Assembly: GCA_051599415.1 (NCBI GenBank)
Contig: AP039709.1
Span: 1-64,000, forward strand
Direction of reading: 5' to 3'
Length of the DNA stretch: 64,000 nucleotides
From: Savitreella phatthalungensis
Lineage: Eukaryota
This document shows, piece by piece, positions 38,164 to 49,748 of this stretch. Made by a program: the position numbers and the translations under genes. Every line of letters begins with the position of its first letter. Positions within the stretch are counted from its first letter, which is position 1. The notes under the pieces are model-generated. The model ran no database searches. It saw only the letters and a list, made by a program, of their open reading frames with translations, and was not told the origin of the DNA.

Positions 38164-40125
38164 ATGATCCATGGGTCGTGCGCGGAAGTGCGTGGGCGTC
38201 GAGGAAGGACATCTCGTCCCCATTGCTGCTTTACGATTTCTTCCTTTCTTTCTTATCTTCTTTGCGGCTCCCTAGTCGATATGTCGGGCGCTTCCATAAT
38301 ATCGTCGCGAAGCGGTCAGGCAGCGGTGCTGGATCCGCTTGCCCATAGTATAGTATATATGGGCGGGAGAGACAGCCAAGGAGTAGTGACGCAGGACGTC
38401 TATACCCTTGACTTGAGCAATCTGACTCGCTCAGCGCCAACGTGGAGCTTAGGCTCTGCATTGACATTGAATGTGACGGGTGCGTCAGCCATCTACAACC
38501 ATACGAGCGGGCAAATCTGGCTCTTCGGCGGAGATTCAGGTTCCACAGCAAGATGTGACTCGAATATCACAATACAAGCTCGCAGCAGAGACTCTGGAAG
38601 GTGGTCAAGTGTCCTCAGCGGCGGTCAAGTCCCTCTCGCTCGGAACGGAATCGGCATTTTTCCGGGACCGTCACAGTCCTCTATAAGGCTCTTCGGCGGA
38701 CGTTCGAGCACGTCCTGTACCTCAAAGTATTATTACAACAGCTTGTACGACTTTGACCCCCATTCGGGTGAATGGCAGGTCCTTCCCAGCGCAAACGCCC
38801 CTATTGCGGAAGCCGACTTCGCCACTGCCGAGCTACCGAACGGCAACATTGCTGTGCTAGGCGGCGAGTCAGCAGGCATGGAAGGCAAGGCAAGCTGGGT
38901 AAGTATGACGCAATTGGCAGTACTCGGAATCAACTCAAGCAGCTGGAACTACTTCACACCCGCCGGTACCGGCGATAGTATTTCTGCACGTTCGGGACAT
39001 ACAGCCGTCAGTAATGGCACGAGTATATTCGTATTCGGCGGATCCGTGGGCGGTGTCCCCGCGTCGCCATCTATGTTCCGGATCGACAATCTAGCCACGA
39101 GCCCGAGTATCTCAACCTTGTCCCTTTCCATCGGTCCATACAGCCCTCCAACGACCGGGCTGACTGGTCATGCAGCAACAATGACTCCCGATGGAACGAT
39201 GGTCATAGCTTTCGGCGTTGTTGGGGCGGCCAACAGCACCACATATAATGACCAAGTCTACCTGTACGATACGGTGTCGGGAGCTTGGCGAGGCTCTTAC
39301 GCGTACTCGAGTCACGTTGCCTCGCGGCCTTCAGCCAGGGTGCATCTCGGGAACGGTCCGATTGCCGCGATTCTGCTAGCGGCGCTTGGCGTAACAGCAG
39401 CTTGTGCCTGCATGACATATTGGTATTACCGGAGAAAGGCAGCACATCGTCGCAGGCAGATGCGAAAGTTTGCGCGCTTTGACTCCCAGGAGTCAGCAGA
39501 GGACAGGAAGGTCGTGATGATGCCGCAAAAATCTACGCTTACTGATATGAAGGCCCGATCAGGGGATGGTGGTCTACAGCTCCCGCCATGGGCCTCCATG
39601 CATGTTTGTCAAGCGCGCTCAATTTCACCATTGCCGATGCTTTCACATGACATGTCGGTACCAAGACCCGTGCATAAGCCGCCAGTTCGCGTCGTGACGG
39701 CGGGATCGATGGATCGTATCGCTCGCTGCGCAATGCATCATCAGAATACACGGCCGCCGACGCTTGAAGGTCGGGAGCTCGGCTTGTTTGATGATAACGC
39801 GGAATTGGAAATCGAACGGCGAATGGTCCAGTTAGCATCACCCCCCTCTCCCAGAGAAGTATCATTCACGGCACCGCGTATGCTTCTGCGAGTAACGAAT
39901 CCCAGCGCTCCGTCACGCAATCCATCATTGAGCTCTGTTCACCAACATCAAATCATCCGACCAGCTAAGTCATTCGCGCGGGATACTCGGCCGCTCCTCA
40001 GTTTCGACCCTCCTCCGCCAGGATCTTTACCTACCGACCCCTGGATGCATGGCGATACTCTAGAGAGCCTGGAAGAAGAATTTGATCGCCTGGGTTGCAA
40101 AGCTGATACGTCGAAGGACGTCTAA
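38164..40125 (+). CDS. Kelch-repeat single-pass membrane protein
   Basis: Kelch motifs (VYMGG, IWLFGG, ARSGHTAV..FVFGG) and many N-glycosylation sequons, then a TM helix ending YWYYRRK and an S/P-rich tail. Start uncertain. Confidence 0.8.
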   Translation: MIHGSCAEVRGRRGRTSRPHCCFTISSFLSYLLCGSLVDMSGASIISSRSGQAAVLDPLAHSIVYMGGRDSQGVVTQDVYTLDLSNLTRSAPTWSLGSALTLNVTGASAIYNHTSGQIWLFGGDSGSTARCDSNITIQARSRDSGRWSSVLSGGQVPLARNGIGIFPGPSQSSIRLFGGRSSTSCTSKYYYNSLYDFDPHSGEWQVLPSANAPIAEADFATAELPNGNIAVLGGESAGMEGKASWVSMTQLAVLGINSSSWNYFTPAGTGDSISARSGHTAVSNGTSIFVFGGSVGGVPASPSMFRIDNLATSPSISTLSLSIGPYSPPTTGLTGHAATMTPDGTMVIAFGVVGAANSTTYNDQVYLYDTVSGAWRGSYAYSSHVASRPSARVHLGNGPIAAILLAALGVTAACACMTYWYYRRKAAHRRRQMRKFARFDSQESAEDRKVVMMPQKSTLTDMKARSGDGGLQLPPWASMHVCQARSISPLPMLSHDMSVPRPVHKPPVRVVTAGSMDRIARCAMHHQNTRPPTLEGRELGLFDDNAELEIERRMVQLASPPSPREVSFTAPRMLLRVTNPSAPSRNPSLSSVHQHQIIRPAKSFARDTRPLLSFDPPPPGSLPTDPWMHGDTLESLEEEFDRLGCKADTSKDV

Positions 40126-40670
40126 CGTCATGTCTCCTGCATACAATCACGATGATGAGAATTGGTCGCTATGGAGTTGTCAGCTGTTGACTGCAGGGCG
40201 TGCCGTTACCGTACGTAAGGACATGTATGTGGTTGTACGTATATGACGGCTAGTATGTGTAATTGCACATATATACGCGAGTCATACACTGCACGCGTAT
40301 GTGACGTAAATTCAACGTAGGTTATGGACACATTGCTGTGATCTGACCCACACTTTGATTGAGATATATCGACATAACGATGATCTTACGAATGCATTGT
40401 GTCAGTTCGAATGCACGGAGTCACTTCGAATGCTCTGTGTCGGTTTGAAGAAAACACTGTATGCGCGAGTAAAAAAGATTGACCTTTGTCGGGTAACTGC
40501 GGGGTAATTAGAAGCGCTCGATTGTCGTGCGAGTGCAGTCTTCAGGAGACACATATCATAGTTTGCTGAGTGTGAGACTGCCAAGGTGCTCGCACGTCTT
40601 TTGGAGCACTCAGACCAGACCGGAACGCGAGCAATCATCTGGGGGACTCGGAAGAGCCGCAACAGCGACT

Positions 40671-41966
40671 ATGGTGTGGAAGTTCACGCCGGCCCTGCAA
40701 TCGCAGATCAAGCACTTCGCGAGCTTTCCACAAACCGGCATATCGCTTCATCAGATGGTCCAGTTCGGTCAGAACTCGACGCAGGGAACTCTTTTCCGGG
40801 CCAGTCAATTCATACACGAGGAATTGCCCATACGACTCGCGCATCGTGTAAGAGAGCTGGACGAGCTCCCGGACCATCTCAATGAAATGCCCTCGATACA
40901 GAAAGTCAAGGACTGGTATGCCCAGTCTTTCGAGGATCTAACCCTTATGGCGAAGCCAAAGCTATCGTCTGATTTGCGCGACATGCTCAAAGGTGGTAGC
41001 TCAGCGCAAACGAGCCAGCTTCCGCAAACGACCAGGAATCTTTCGAGTCAGCAATATGGCAGCTCAACTCGCACGAGCGCAAATGGTAAGAATGGTAGGC
41101 GGCGCAGCGTACCTGTGCAAGCCCGATATTACGGAGAAGTCGAAGATGTCACCTGGCCACCTGAAATTACCTCGTATAATGACCAGCTTGCCCGAATGCT
41201 CAACGTTATCAAGCGGCGGCACGATCCTGTGGTCACCACAATGGCCCAGGGCATCTTGGAGTACAAAAAAAAAACTCAGCGCGAGGCCATCAACAAAGAC
41301 ATACAAGCTTTCTTGGACCGCTTCTACATGTCCCGTATAGGCATTCGCATGCTTATTGGCCAGCACATTGCTCTTCTGACTGAGCCAGCACGCGAAGACT
41401 ACGTCGGTGTCATTTGCACCCGCACATCTGTCCCAACGATAATTCAGGAGGCTATCGACAATGCTCGATTTATCTGCGAAGATTACTACGGCCTCTTTGA
41501 CGCGCCCAAAGTCCAATTGATCTGTCCAGAAAAGCTCGAGTTCATGTACGTGCCAGGTCATCTCGCTCATATCGCTTTCGAAGTTCTGAAAAACTCGCTG
41601 AGGGCCGTGGTCGAGACACACGGAGCAGACAAGGACAATTATCCGCCAGTAAAGGTCATCGTCGTTGAGGGAGCGGAAGATATCACGATCAAGATTTCTG
41701 ATGAGGGTGGCGGTATTCCGAGAAGCGCTATGCCACTTGTATGGACGTATATGTACACCACTGCGCAGTCACAAGATCTGGATCCGGACTTCAACAAGAG
41801 TGACTTCAAGGCTCCGATGGCAGGTTTCGGCTACGGGCTTCCAATTTCAAGGCTGTACGCGCGCTATTTCGGAGGTGATCTGAAGCTTGAGAGCCTAGAC
41901 GGCTATGGCACAGACTGCTATATTAATCTCAATCGACTCAGTTCGAGTGAGGAACCCCTCCCCTAG
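40671..41966 (+). CDS. Mitochondrial pyruvate dehydrogenase kinase
   Basis: EELPIRLAHRV, FLDRFYMSRIGIRMLIGQH, FEVLKNSLRA, ISDEGGGIPR and MAGFGYGLPISRLYARYFGGDL. Confidence 0.96.
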   Translation: MVWKFTPALQSQIKHFASFPQTGISLHQMVQFGQNSTQGTLFRASQFIHEELPIRLAHRVRELDELPDHLNEMPSIQKVKDWYAQSFEDLTLMAKPKLSSDLRDMLKGGSSAQTSQLPQTTRNLSSQQYGSSTRTSANGKNGRRRSVPVQARYYGEVEDVTWPPEITSYNDQLARMLNVIKRRHDPVVTTMAQGILEYKKKTQREAINKDIQAFLDRFYMSRIGIRMLIGQHIALLTEPAREDYVGVICTRTSVPTIIQEAIDNARFICEDYYGLFDAPKVQLICPEKLEFMYVPGHLAHIAFEVLKNSLRAVVETHGADKDNYPPVKVIVVEGAEDITIKISDEGGGIPRSAMPLVWTYMYTTAQSQDLDPDFNKSDFKAPMAGFGYGLPISRLYARYFGGDLKLESLDGYGTDCYINLNRLSSSEEPLP

Positions 41967-42909
41967 GCACTTCGATTGTGGCTCAGGCAGCGGCCCAGGA
42001 ATAGTCATACATCGTCGTTCTAAAAAGGATGTCCGCCATTTGCGCAGCCTCCGATCGACTTGTGTCCTACGCTGCGTACCGTTGGGTATCTTCTTCCGCA
42101 GCCATCAAGCGTATGCAGCATGCTAGATCCAACGATGGAGTACTAGAGGATCCTACTTCGCAGCAGGTTCCTACATGAAGCATACAAAAGGCTGTCAGGT
42201 GCTGGAGCAGAAGTAGCATGCGGCTCCGTGCCGTGTGAGAGACCTCCTGATCTCCGTCTTCATCTTGATCTTCGAATCCCTCTTCGGAAGGGATGATCTC
42301 TCCATAAGACCATTTGAGTGTATAGCGATCGACAAGATGTCTACTTGGTGTCAGAAGCCTCTGTATTTACCACCTGCTTGCTCCAAATCTTGCCTGCTTG
42401 CTTCGGGAATATGCTTCGCTGTAGATTCTGTCTTCAACATATCAGCAACAAAAGCGTTGCACAATCTCGCAATGAAATATCACATGCTTGGACGGCGACA
42501 GACGAAGCCACACAGATCCGGATCAGACGACACAGAAAGATTGATCGTCGAGCTTCATCAAAAGGAGCAAACAGTAGAGACAATCACGAAATAGTACGCC
42601 AAAAAGGGTCATTGAAATGATCTAATCTGGGAGAATGCTATCTGCGATACATGCCTTGGGTCACGCAGCACATACCGTGAGTCTACTGACATGGCAGGTT
42701 GCATGATCTAGATCTCGTCACGAAAGTGAATACAGCGGTCGAGGCGAAATCGCCCGTACACATCCGATCGCTCATTGGCTCAAAATATCTCGCGAATTAG
42801 CGATGCGACCTACATCTGTAGCTTAGCACAGGTGCGCCTGAACTATTCGCACTCGCTGATTGTTTACGAGTGTTCGCATGCGCTGTCACTTCCTTCATCA
42901 CTCAGTCTT

Positions 42910-43333
42910 TCTCACGGCCGGTCGATGGCCCAGGTCGATCGTATACGGTTCGTACACAACGCTGTCACTTCCGCAATCACTCGGTCTACATATGACAAGA
43001 TAGTAGCCCCGTATGGAGCTGTCAAATCTTATCGTTCTGTTCTAGGTCCTGGTATTGGTGATATCTGGCACACCGTCTCCGTACGGTGTGTCGCGTCCTC
43101 TTGTCCTCCCCCTGACGACCTGCCACGTCAGCAGAGTTGTGGTATGTATCAGATATAGCATGGTTGGTGCCACCGCCTAGGCCGTCTCTCGTAGTCCCTC
43201 CGTGTCTGTTTGTGCTTGTTTGTGTCTCTCCGTGTTCCTCGGTGGACTCTGTCTGTGTCCTCCTGTGTCGTCTGTCTTGTGTCCGTGTCGCTTCGTCCGT
43301 CGCTCTCGGGTCCTGCGGCCGTCCTCCGCGACA
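42910..43333. mobile_element. Solo LTR copy A (424 bp), TSD GTCTT
   Basis: Ends T(C)TCACGG...CCGCGACA, flanked by GTCTT at 42905-42909 and 43334-43338. Seven differences from copy C. Confidence 0.93.
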
Positions 43334-44584
43334 GTCTTGAGCTCTGGCATGGCTGCGTTGCCTAAGCATTGGATATCCTTGGAACCAACAACAGGCTGTC
43401 AACCACTTTGCTTTGAGTGCTTTTCATTTTTAATATTTCGCACTCTTTGCATATAGCGTACTGGCTTTCTCATGACTATCAGGTCATGCAACGTGCCATG
43501 CAAGCAGAGATGAGGCAAATCCGATTGACTTGCTTGATGCCAGCTTACAGTATCTGAACATATACGTGGCTACCTGCAAAGCCTCCGAGTCAGTTCTCTG
43601 GGGAACGGATGATTTGGAGCACGTAAGCTACTACAGAAGCTGCATTTCTGACTCCCTGCATTTCTGACTCCATAGCTCCACAGACCTACATGAGAGTTCA
43701 ACGACTTCATGTGCAGCATGTTGCAGACTGTCATACAGGAGCAAGAGGATTTGCTTGCAACAGAAGGGCTGACAAAATCTGGTGGCAAACATAAGCCACG
43801 CATTTCAGCTATCAAGTCTGCAAATCTTGCTTAGATTCTCTGTTAGACCACCAGACCTGTACATGCATAAAGTAAGACAGTCATGAACTCCAATGGCATT
43901 GGCTTAACAGCCCGGACATAGCTTCTTAGCTCATTAGACCTCAAGCCTGGTAGGCACATGTGGTCTATAGCAAAGGCACCACTACGCAGTCAGCGATGAT
44001 CTCTAAAAGGGCTCGCTTCCAGCCGGATTGATCGTGAGAAGCTGACGCTTTTTGTGCAGTGAGTCTGGACATCATCACGCAGGTAATATCTATCAAATCT
44101 GGCAGAGAGCATACCTAGGGAGGTTCAAAGCATGATTCGTGCTGAAGCGAGGCATAGAGAACATTAGCTTATTTCTCCGAATGGTCATCTGACCGGGAAT
44201 CCTGTATCTGACAATATACAGCGAAAAGCTGAGTCTTCCTTGTATAGAGAGCCTGAATCTCAAGCTACAAGATCATCCAAATCTGGCAGAAAGCATGCTT
44301 AGGTGTACAAAGACGAGAGTATTCATGATTCGAAATATTCGCTCTGGTTGCGATCAAGTATCCGACTGAAACAAATTCGTATGTCCTTCCATTCACATAT
44401 TTAGCGCTTTGCAACGATGTAAATGGCATCTTTGTGACAATAAACGGCCTAGTTGACAACAAATGCTGAAATTGACCTTTTCGATTGCACAATGATATCG
44501 CGAGCCTTGAATCCTGGCAATGCGGCGTATCTAATCCGGCAAAGTTATTGCTTCTTGCCATAAAAGTCACTCACAACTGATACA

Positions 44585-45054
44585 TGTCACGACCACTAGG
44601 AGGCCAGGGTCAATTGTACACAGTTTGTACACAACGCCCTCACTTCTGCAATCACTCAGTCTACATATCAAAAGATTGTAGCCACATGTGGAGCTGTCAA
44701 TAGTAATGTTCTGTGCTAGGCCTCAGTGTTGGTGATATCTTGCACGCCATCTCTATCTGGCATGCCACGTCTTCTTGTACCTAGGTCGACCGGCCATGTC
44801 AGCAGAGTTGTGTTATGCATCAGTGATAGCATGGTAGGCACCACTGCCTAGACCAACCTCTCGTATCTCTTCTGTGTCTGTGCGTACTTGTTTGTGTCTG
44901 TTCAAGTTCTTTAGAGGACTACGTCTGGGTCCTCCTGTGATGTCTGATTTGTGTCTGTATTGCTTCATCTGTCGCTCACGGGTTCTGCAATCATCCTCCG
45001 CGACAGTATTGCTTTGTCTGTTGCTCGGGGGTCCTGCAGGCATCATCCGCAACA
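44585..45054. mobile_element. Older, decayed LTR copy B (44585-45005) plus an extra 3'-end fragment (45006-45054)
   Basis: TGTCACG...CCGCGACA ends, collinear with copies A and C but with many substitutions and no clean TSD. Confidence 0.85.
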
Positions 45055-45267
45055 GTTGTGAAACTGTCCGGATCTTTTCTGCTGCGACGGGGGAGCGAAG
45101 CATCACCATCGCACCCCGTATGAATGAAGGCAGTATTGCATGCATCTTAAAATCGCAAGATCGAGCTGCAGTAGACTGCAAATTGTGAGAATAGTCGCCA
45201 GTCGATTCATTCAACGTGCTGCCATCGGCCAAAGAATATAGAAGACTCTCGTCTTTCATGACGACAG

Positions 45268-45691
45268 TGTCACGGCTGGTCGATGGCCCAGGTCGATCGT
45301 ATACGGTTCGTACACAACGCTGTCACTTCCGCAATCACTCGGTCTACATATGACAAGATAGTAGCCCCGTATGGAGCTGTCAAATCTTATTGTTCTGTTC
45401 TAGGTCCTGGTATTGGTGATATCTGGCACGCCGTCTCCGTACGGTGTGTCGCGTCCTCTTGTCCTCCCCCTGACGACCTGCCACGTCAGCAGAGTTGTGG
45501 TATGTATCAGATATAGCATGGTTGGTGCCACCGCCTAGGCCGTCTCTCGTAGTCCCTCCGTGTCTGTTTGTGCTTGTTCGTGTCTCTCCGTGTTCCTCGG
45601 TGGACTCCGTCTGTGTCCTCCTGTGTCATCTGTCTTGTGTCCGTGTCGCTTCGTCCGTCGCTCTCGGGTCCTGCGGCCGTCCTCCGCGACA
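45268..45691. mobile_element. Solo LTR copy C (424 bp), TSD GACAG
   Basis: TGTCACGG...CCGCGACA (TG..CA, imperfect terminal inverted repeat), flanked by GACAG at 45263-45267 and 45692-45696. Confidence 0.95.
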
Positions 45692-47851
45692 GACAGTTGG
45701 CGAGCCAAGCAAACGACATTTTGCACAGCTGATTGCATAAGGGCTGCCGTGTTCGGCAACTGGTAGTCTCGTCTGCTGCAACTCTTGCACGGTGCGCATG
45801 ATGTTGTAATTGCTGGGATCGCCAGGTGCGGCGGAACTCAGCTGGTGCCTATGATATTACAAAGACTGTACTCAGTTGACCAGCAGAATGGCCATGATTG
45901 TATATGACGATATTTTTACTTCATAGCGCAGCTGTCAGATTGCCTACGTGCTTCGCTGCGTCGCGCGAGACGATTTCATTCCTCAACGCTGGGGCCTTTG
46001 ACCTGCCCGTTCCACATTTGCAATCCGTTGTTTGTGTCGGAGACGGTCCGTGGATGCCTATGAGGTCTCAGAGTACTTGTCTACAGTGGTCAGTGTCTGG
46101 ATGTTCGAGGACAATCATTTGCAAGGTCATATCGCACAGCCCTCCGATGCTTGGACATCGTTATGAAACTCAGGCTGGGTCACTATACCAGGGCTAATCA
46201 TTGCATCTACCCGACGGCGGTAATGGGGAATCTACAGGGACCCTTGATGTACTTGACATCGAACGAAATCTTTACACATGATTTGCGAACCCCAGCATAT
46301 TTTCGGACGTTGTCTCCGGCTCTGTCGCTTGGAAGCCACGCATTTTGATCACACGATTTCATCACACAGGCTCCTGCGTGGCCAAACGTGCCTAAACATT
46401 CCTACTGATGCAGCAAATCATGTACGTGATCAATGCTGAAAATCGAGGTCAACGCACGATCTCCCACATTGTCACAACGTCGTCTGCTGATCGAGCACTG
46501 GTGTTTGTGAATGGTACAGGGCCGCCCGAAGAGAGTGCTGATCATCCAAAGCAGGTCAAGATGCTTCACGCATCCTGCAGCCGGCTGTCCTCGTAGTGGA
46601 CAAATGGAACCTAATCTGTGACCTGCTCAGAAAACGGTGGTTGAGCGTCGCTTGTTCTGTGTGCATGCAGAGCGCATACCTTGTTCCAGGTCCCATTCGA
46701 AGCGTCACGGCCGAGTCTTGCTACCTCTTCGCTTGCACATGTCGCGCAAGGAATGTGCGACAAAACGATCTCGAGCATGTCTTCATGCATGGACGCGCGT
46801 GGCTCGGGACGCCGGGCAGGTAAGTGTGGACGCGCGTGAGCATTCCGTCCTGACACGTTTTGCCGCTGCGCCTGAGACGTCGCACAAAGATACGTGCATT
46901 TACCTGCGTAGGAAGAGAAAAGGAAATGGCCGACAGCACGCACTATGGGTTGGTGCTACATTCCGCCATCTATATAGGAATGCACGGTTGACCTTTTGAC
47001 GCAACAGAAAACGCGGCGACGGTCTCCTGTGACCCGCGGGCAACGCGTTTGCCGTGACGCTAATTTGCTTGGAACGTTGACGCACCGCTGCCGCAGTCGA
47101 TTGAAAAAGATCTGCTCCTGGTGCATGCTCTCGGTGCAGCATACTATCGAAGCTGTGCGCAGCCAAGTGGACTGCTCTGCTCGGTAACTGACAAAACGCC
47201 TTGAACTCCCAAGTGAGCCAGGAGCTCGAGGGCAGGGGTTTCAACAACGGTAGGATGAAGTAAAGAACGGGTCCATTGACTAACAGATTGGTTGATCTTG
47301 CAGAGATCCAAATTTAGTACGGGTTTTAGATCAACCATTTCGACAGGCTGCAAGAGGTGAACAGTTATTAACCCCTTCCCTTGTTTACTTTCGCTGTAAT
47401 CTACTCCTGGCCACCGCAGGCGGCTGGCCGTTAGATCAATCCTAGGCTACCCCTGACAATTTGCAATCGTCACGAGATCTAACCACGACCTGATACCCTT
47501 GGCCGTGCGGCAAGCTACAAAGGCCTAATTAAATTCAGAGCATGAGCTGCTTCGATATGCGGCCCCAAGCGCGGACCCCCGGCGCGTACGCGTGCAGTGC
47601 CGCAGACACGTATCTCCGCGCATGCGCTCACGCACGCAAGCCCACCGTTTTACGTTGACAAGGGGGATCAAGCGCTGAACGGGGTCCGAGCGCACATTGG
47701 CAAGGAGACCTGGGTCTTTGCCTTCCCGCTAGACGCCAGAGTACTTTAGGATGCCATGGCCCCGCGATGGCCGTGTCCGTACACTACACAAGATCGCGTC
47801 CACCTACCTTATCGAATCTCACTTCAGAACGAATTACTTACATAATTGCTG

Positions 47852-49075
47852 ATGAACGTCATGACACCGGTCACGTATAATCGCCAATCACAGCAAGTGA
47901 CGGACATTTACGCCAGTGGACCTTCGAATATGACCGCAATGTCGCCGTCGGGCTATCATCAGACCATCGCACCGCATATAGCAACACCATCGACCTCCCG
48001 CCGTCCTCTGGCACTCGCCCAGGAGTCTTTCTACAACAGATCACCACCTGTTTCCGAGTCGCGGCCAGTAAAGCATTCTGTCGCATCGTCCTTCTCCTCG
48101 ATCACAAAAGGTCCTTGGACGCCTGCCGAAGATCAACTTCTTGTCGATCTCGTTAGTGAGATTGGTGCCGAGAAATGGGTCGTCATTGCGTCTCGGCTGG
48201 GATCGCGCTCGGGCAAGCAAGCACGTGAGCGCTGGCACAATCACCTCAATCCGACATTGCGTAAAGACCCTTTCAGCGTCAATGAGGAGGAGAAGATCGA
48301 GATGCTTTACGCACGCTTTGGTCCGCGATGGGCTGAAATCGCCAAGTTTCTGCCAGGCAGAAGTGACAATGCCATCAAGAACTACTTCAACACGTCGATG
48401 CAACGCAAGCTTCGACGCACCATGGCCACCAAGGCGGCCATCTCTGCCAACGATTTATCAGCCCACGTGGAGGACATCCACGTGTCTGTGCAAAAGCTTG
48501 CGAGCGAGGTGAGCACGAAGGCTGGCGGCGCTGCGCGCTCCTCCGCGGCTTTGAGGCCCAAAAACCTCATGCAACGATCTCACTCGCAGCCATATTTCTC
48601 TACGAGGCCTGCGACACGGCGTTTATCGTTCGGCAGGCCAGAGCTTCCACCCGCGGGCCAGTCGGGCTCAGCGGGACGACATCTTGCTACGACGACACCA
48701 CCAAAGACACCTTCGCCTGTGTCTCAGACCGGCCTTCTTCTTTCTAGCTCGCCCCTCTCCGAACTTTCGCGGTCGAGTATGCCAGCACGCGCACTCCCAC
48801 TACCATATTCCGGGCAAGGAGCCTTCTCCTCTCCCCTTAACGCTGGGGAACATGGCTCTGCCGATTACCTCATCGCGGCAGGGTCTTCGCCGTCTCTTGC
48901 GCTACCCCCTCTTCGCCTATCACCCGGACATTCCATTGCCGAGCTTTCAGACGAGCGCACAGGCGCTGATGCGACACCTCGGCATCGCCACACCGCCATT
49001 GATATGTCACGCAGCATGACTGCACCTGTAGTGAGAACGTGCGATCGCATGCGCATCTCTGCCTTGCTCGATTGA
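47852..49075 (+). CDS. R2R3 Myb transcription factor (FlbD-like architecture)
   Basis: [28 protein letters not shown] and [24 protein letters not shown], with C-terminal RMRISALLD. Confidence 0.93.
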   Translation: MNVMTPVTYNRQSQQVTDIYASGPSNMTAMSPSGYHQTIAPHIATPSTSRRPLALAQESFYNRSPPVSESRPVKHSVASSFSSITKGPWTPAEDQLLVDLVSEIGAEKWVVIASRLGSRSGKQARERWHNHLNPTLRKDPFSVNEEEKIEMLYARFGPRWAEIAKFLPGRSDNAIKNYFNTSMQRKLRRTMATKAAISANDLSAHVEDIHVSVQKLASEVSTKAGGAARSSAALRPKNLMQRSHSQPYFSTRPATRRLSFGRPELPPAGQSGSAGRHLATTTPPKTPSPVSQTGLLLSSSPLSELSRSSMPARALPLPYSGQGAFSSPLNAGEHGSADYLIAAGSSPSLALPPLRLSPGHSIAELSDERTGADATPRHRHTAIDMSRSMTAPVVRTCDRMRISALLD

Positions 49076-49748
49076 GAAAGCCAAATCATTGATGACCTTT
49101 CACGAACAACGACACTAAACTCCCGGGATAGCCGGGTGTTCCATAATATACTCATCCAGGCTTGAACAATGAAACGTATTTACTTCACTTTCTCCGGCTG
49201 TCCAGCAAATGCTCCAATGATTTAGACTCTCGTCCATGCCATGCGGCTTGACGAAAGTCTTGCAGGATGGCAGATCATAGTACTTTTGGTAACAAATGTC
49301 GAAATGCTCAAACCCCTGCCAGATTTATCCAGCTTGCAGAGGTGCTGCGCAAATGCGTGCATCTGCGGTCCATGATATCGAAGTTCTTCCTCGTGGAGCT
49401 CCCTTGAATAGTTAGCGGGAGCGAGAAACACTTGAGAGCCATTTATGTCGGACAATTTCCATTGAGTTCCGTACCGAGCGCTAAGCCCCTTGCGCAGGCG
49501 CGCAGCATGCATGCGTTAGCAAACTGTTTAGAAGAGGAGCCCGCTGATGTGCGGCACCCTGAGCCTTGATACATTCAACGGTAAGGTCTCCTACAAACCT
49601 GACCGTCGACTGGAAGCTAGCCGCAGGAGAATAAGTCAGGAGTGCCACTTCCGCTCTTCTTATTACCATGCACACATCATCGTTGATGCCCTTTAATTGA
49701 CGGTAGGATGACATAAGACGCACAAGATCCGGCGAGAATCTTGCCAAC

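Noticed and set aside
42910..45691. Single non-autonomous retrotransposon bounded by LTRs A and C
   Set aside because: Each LTR has its own matching TSD, the outer flanks differ (GTCTT vs GACAG), and there is no gag/pol remnant between them.
42775..45766. Duplicated 68-127-aa ORFs (MAQVDRIRF..., MWYVSDIAW...)
   Set aside because: They lie within the LTR copies and their identity simply reflects the repeat.
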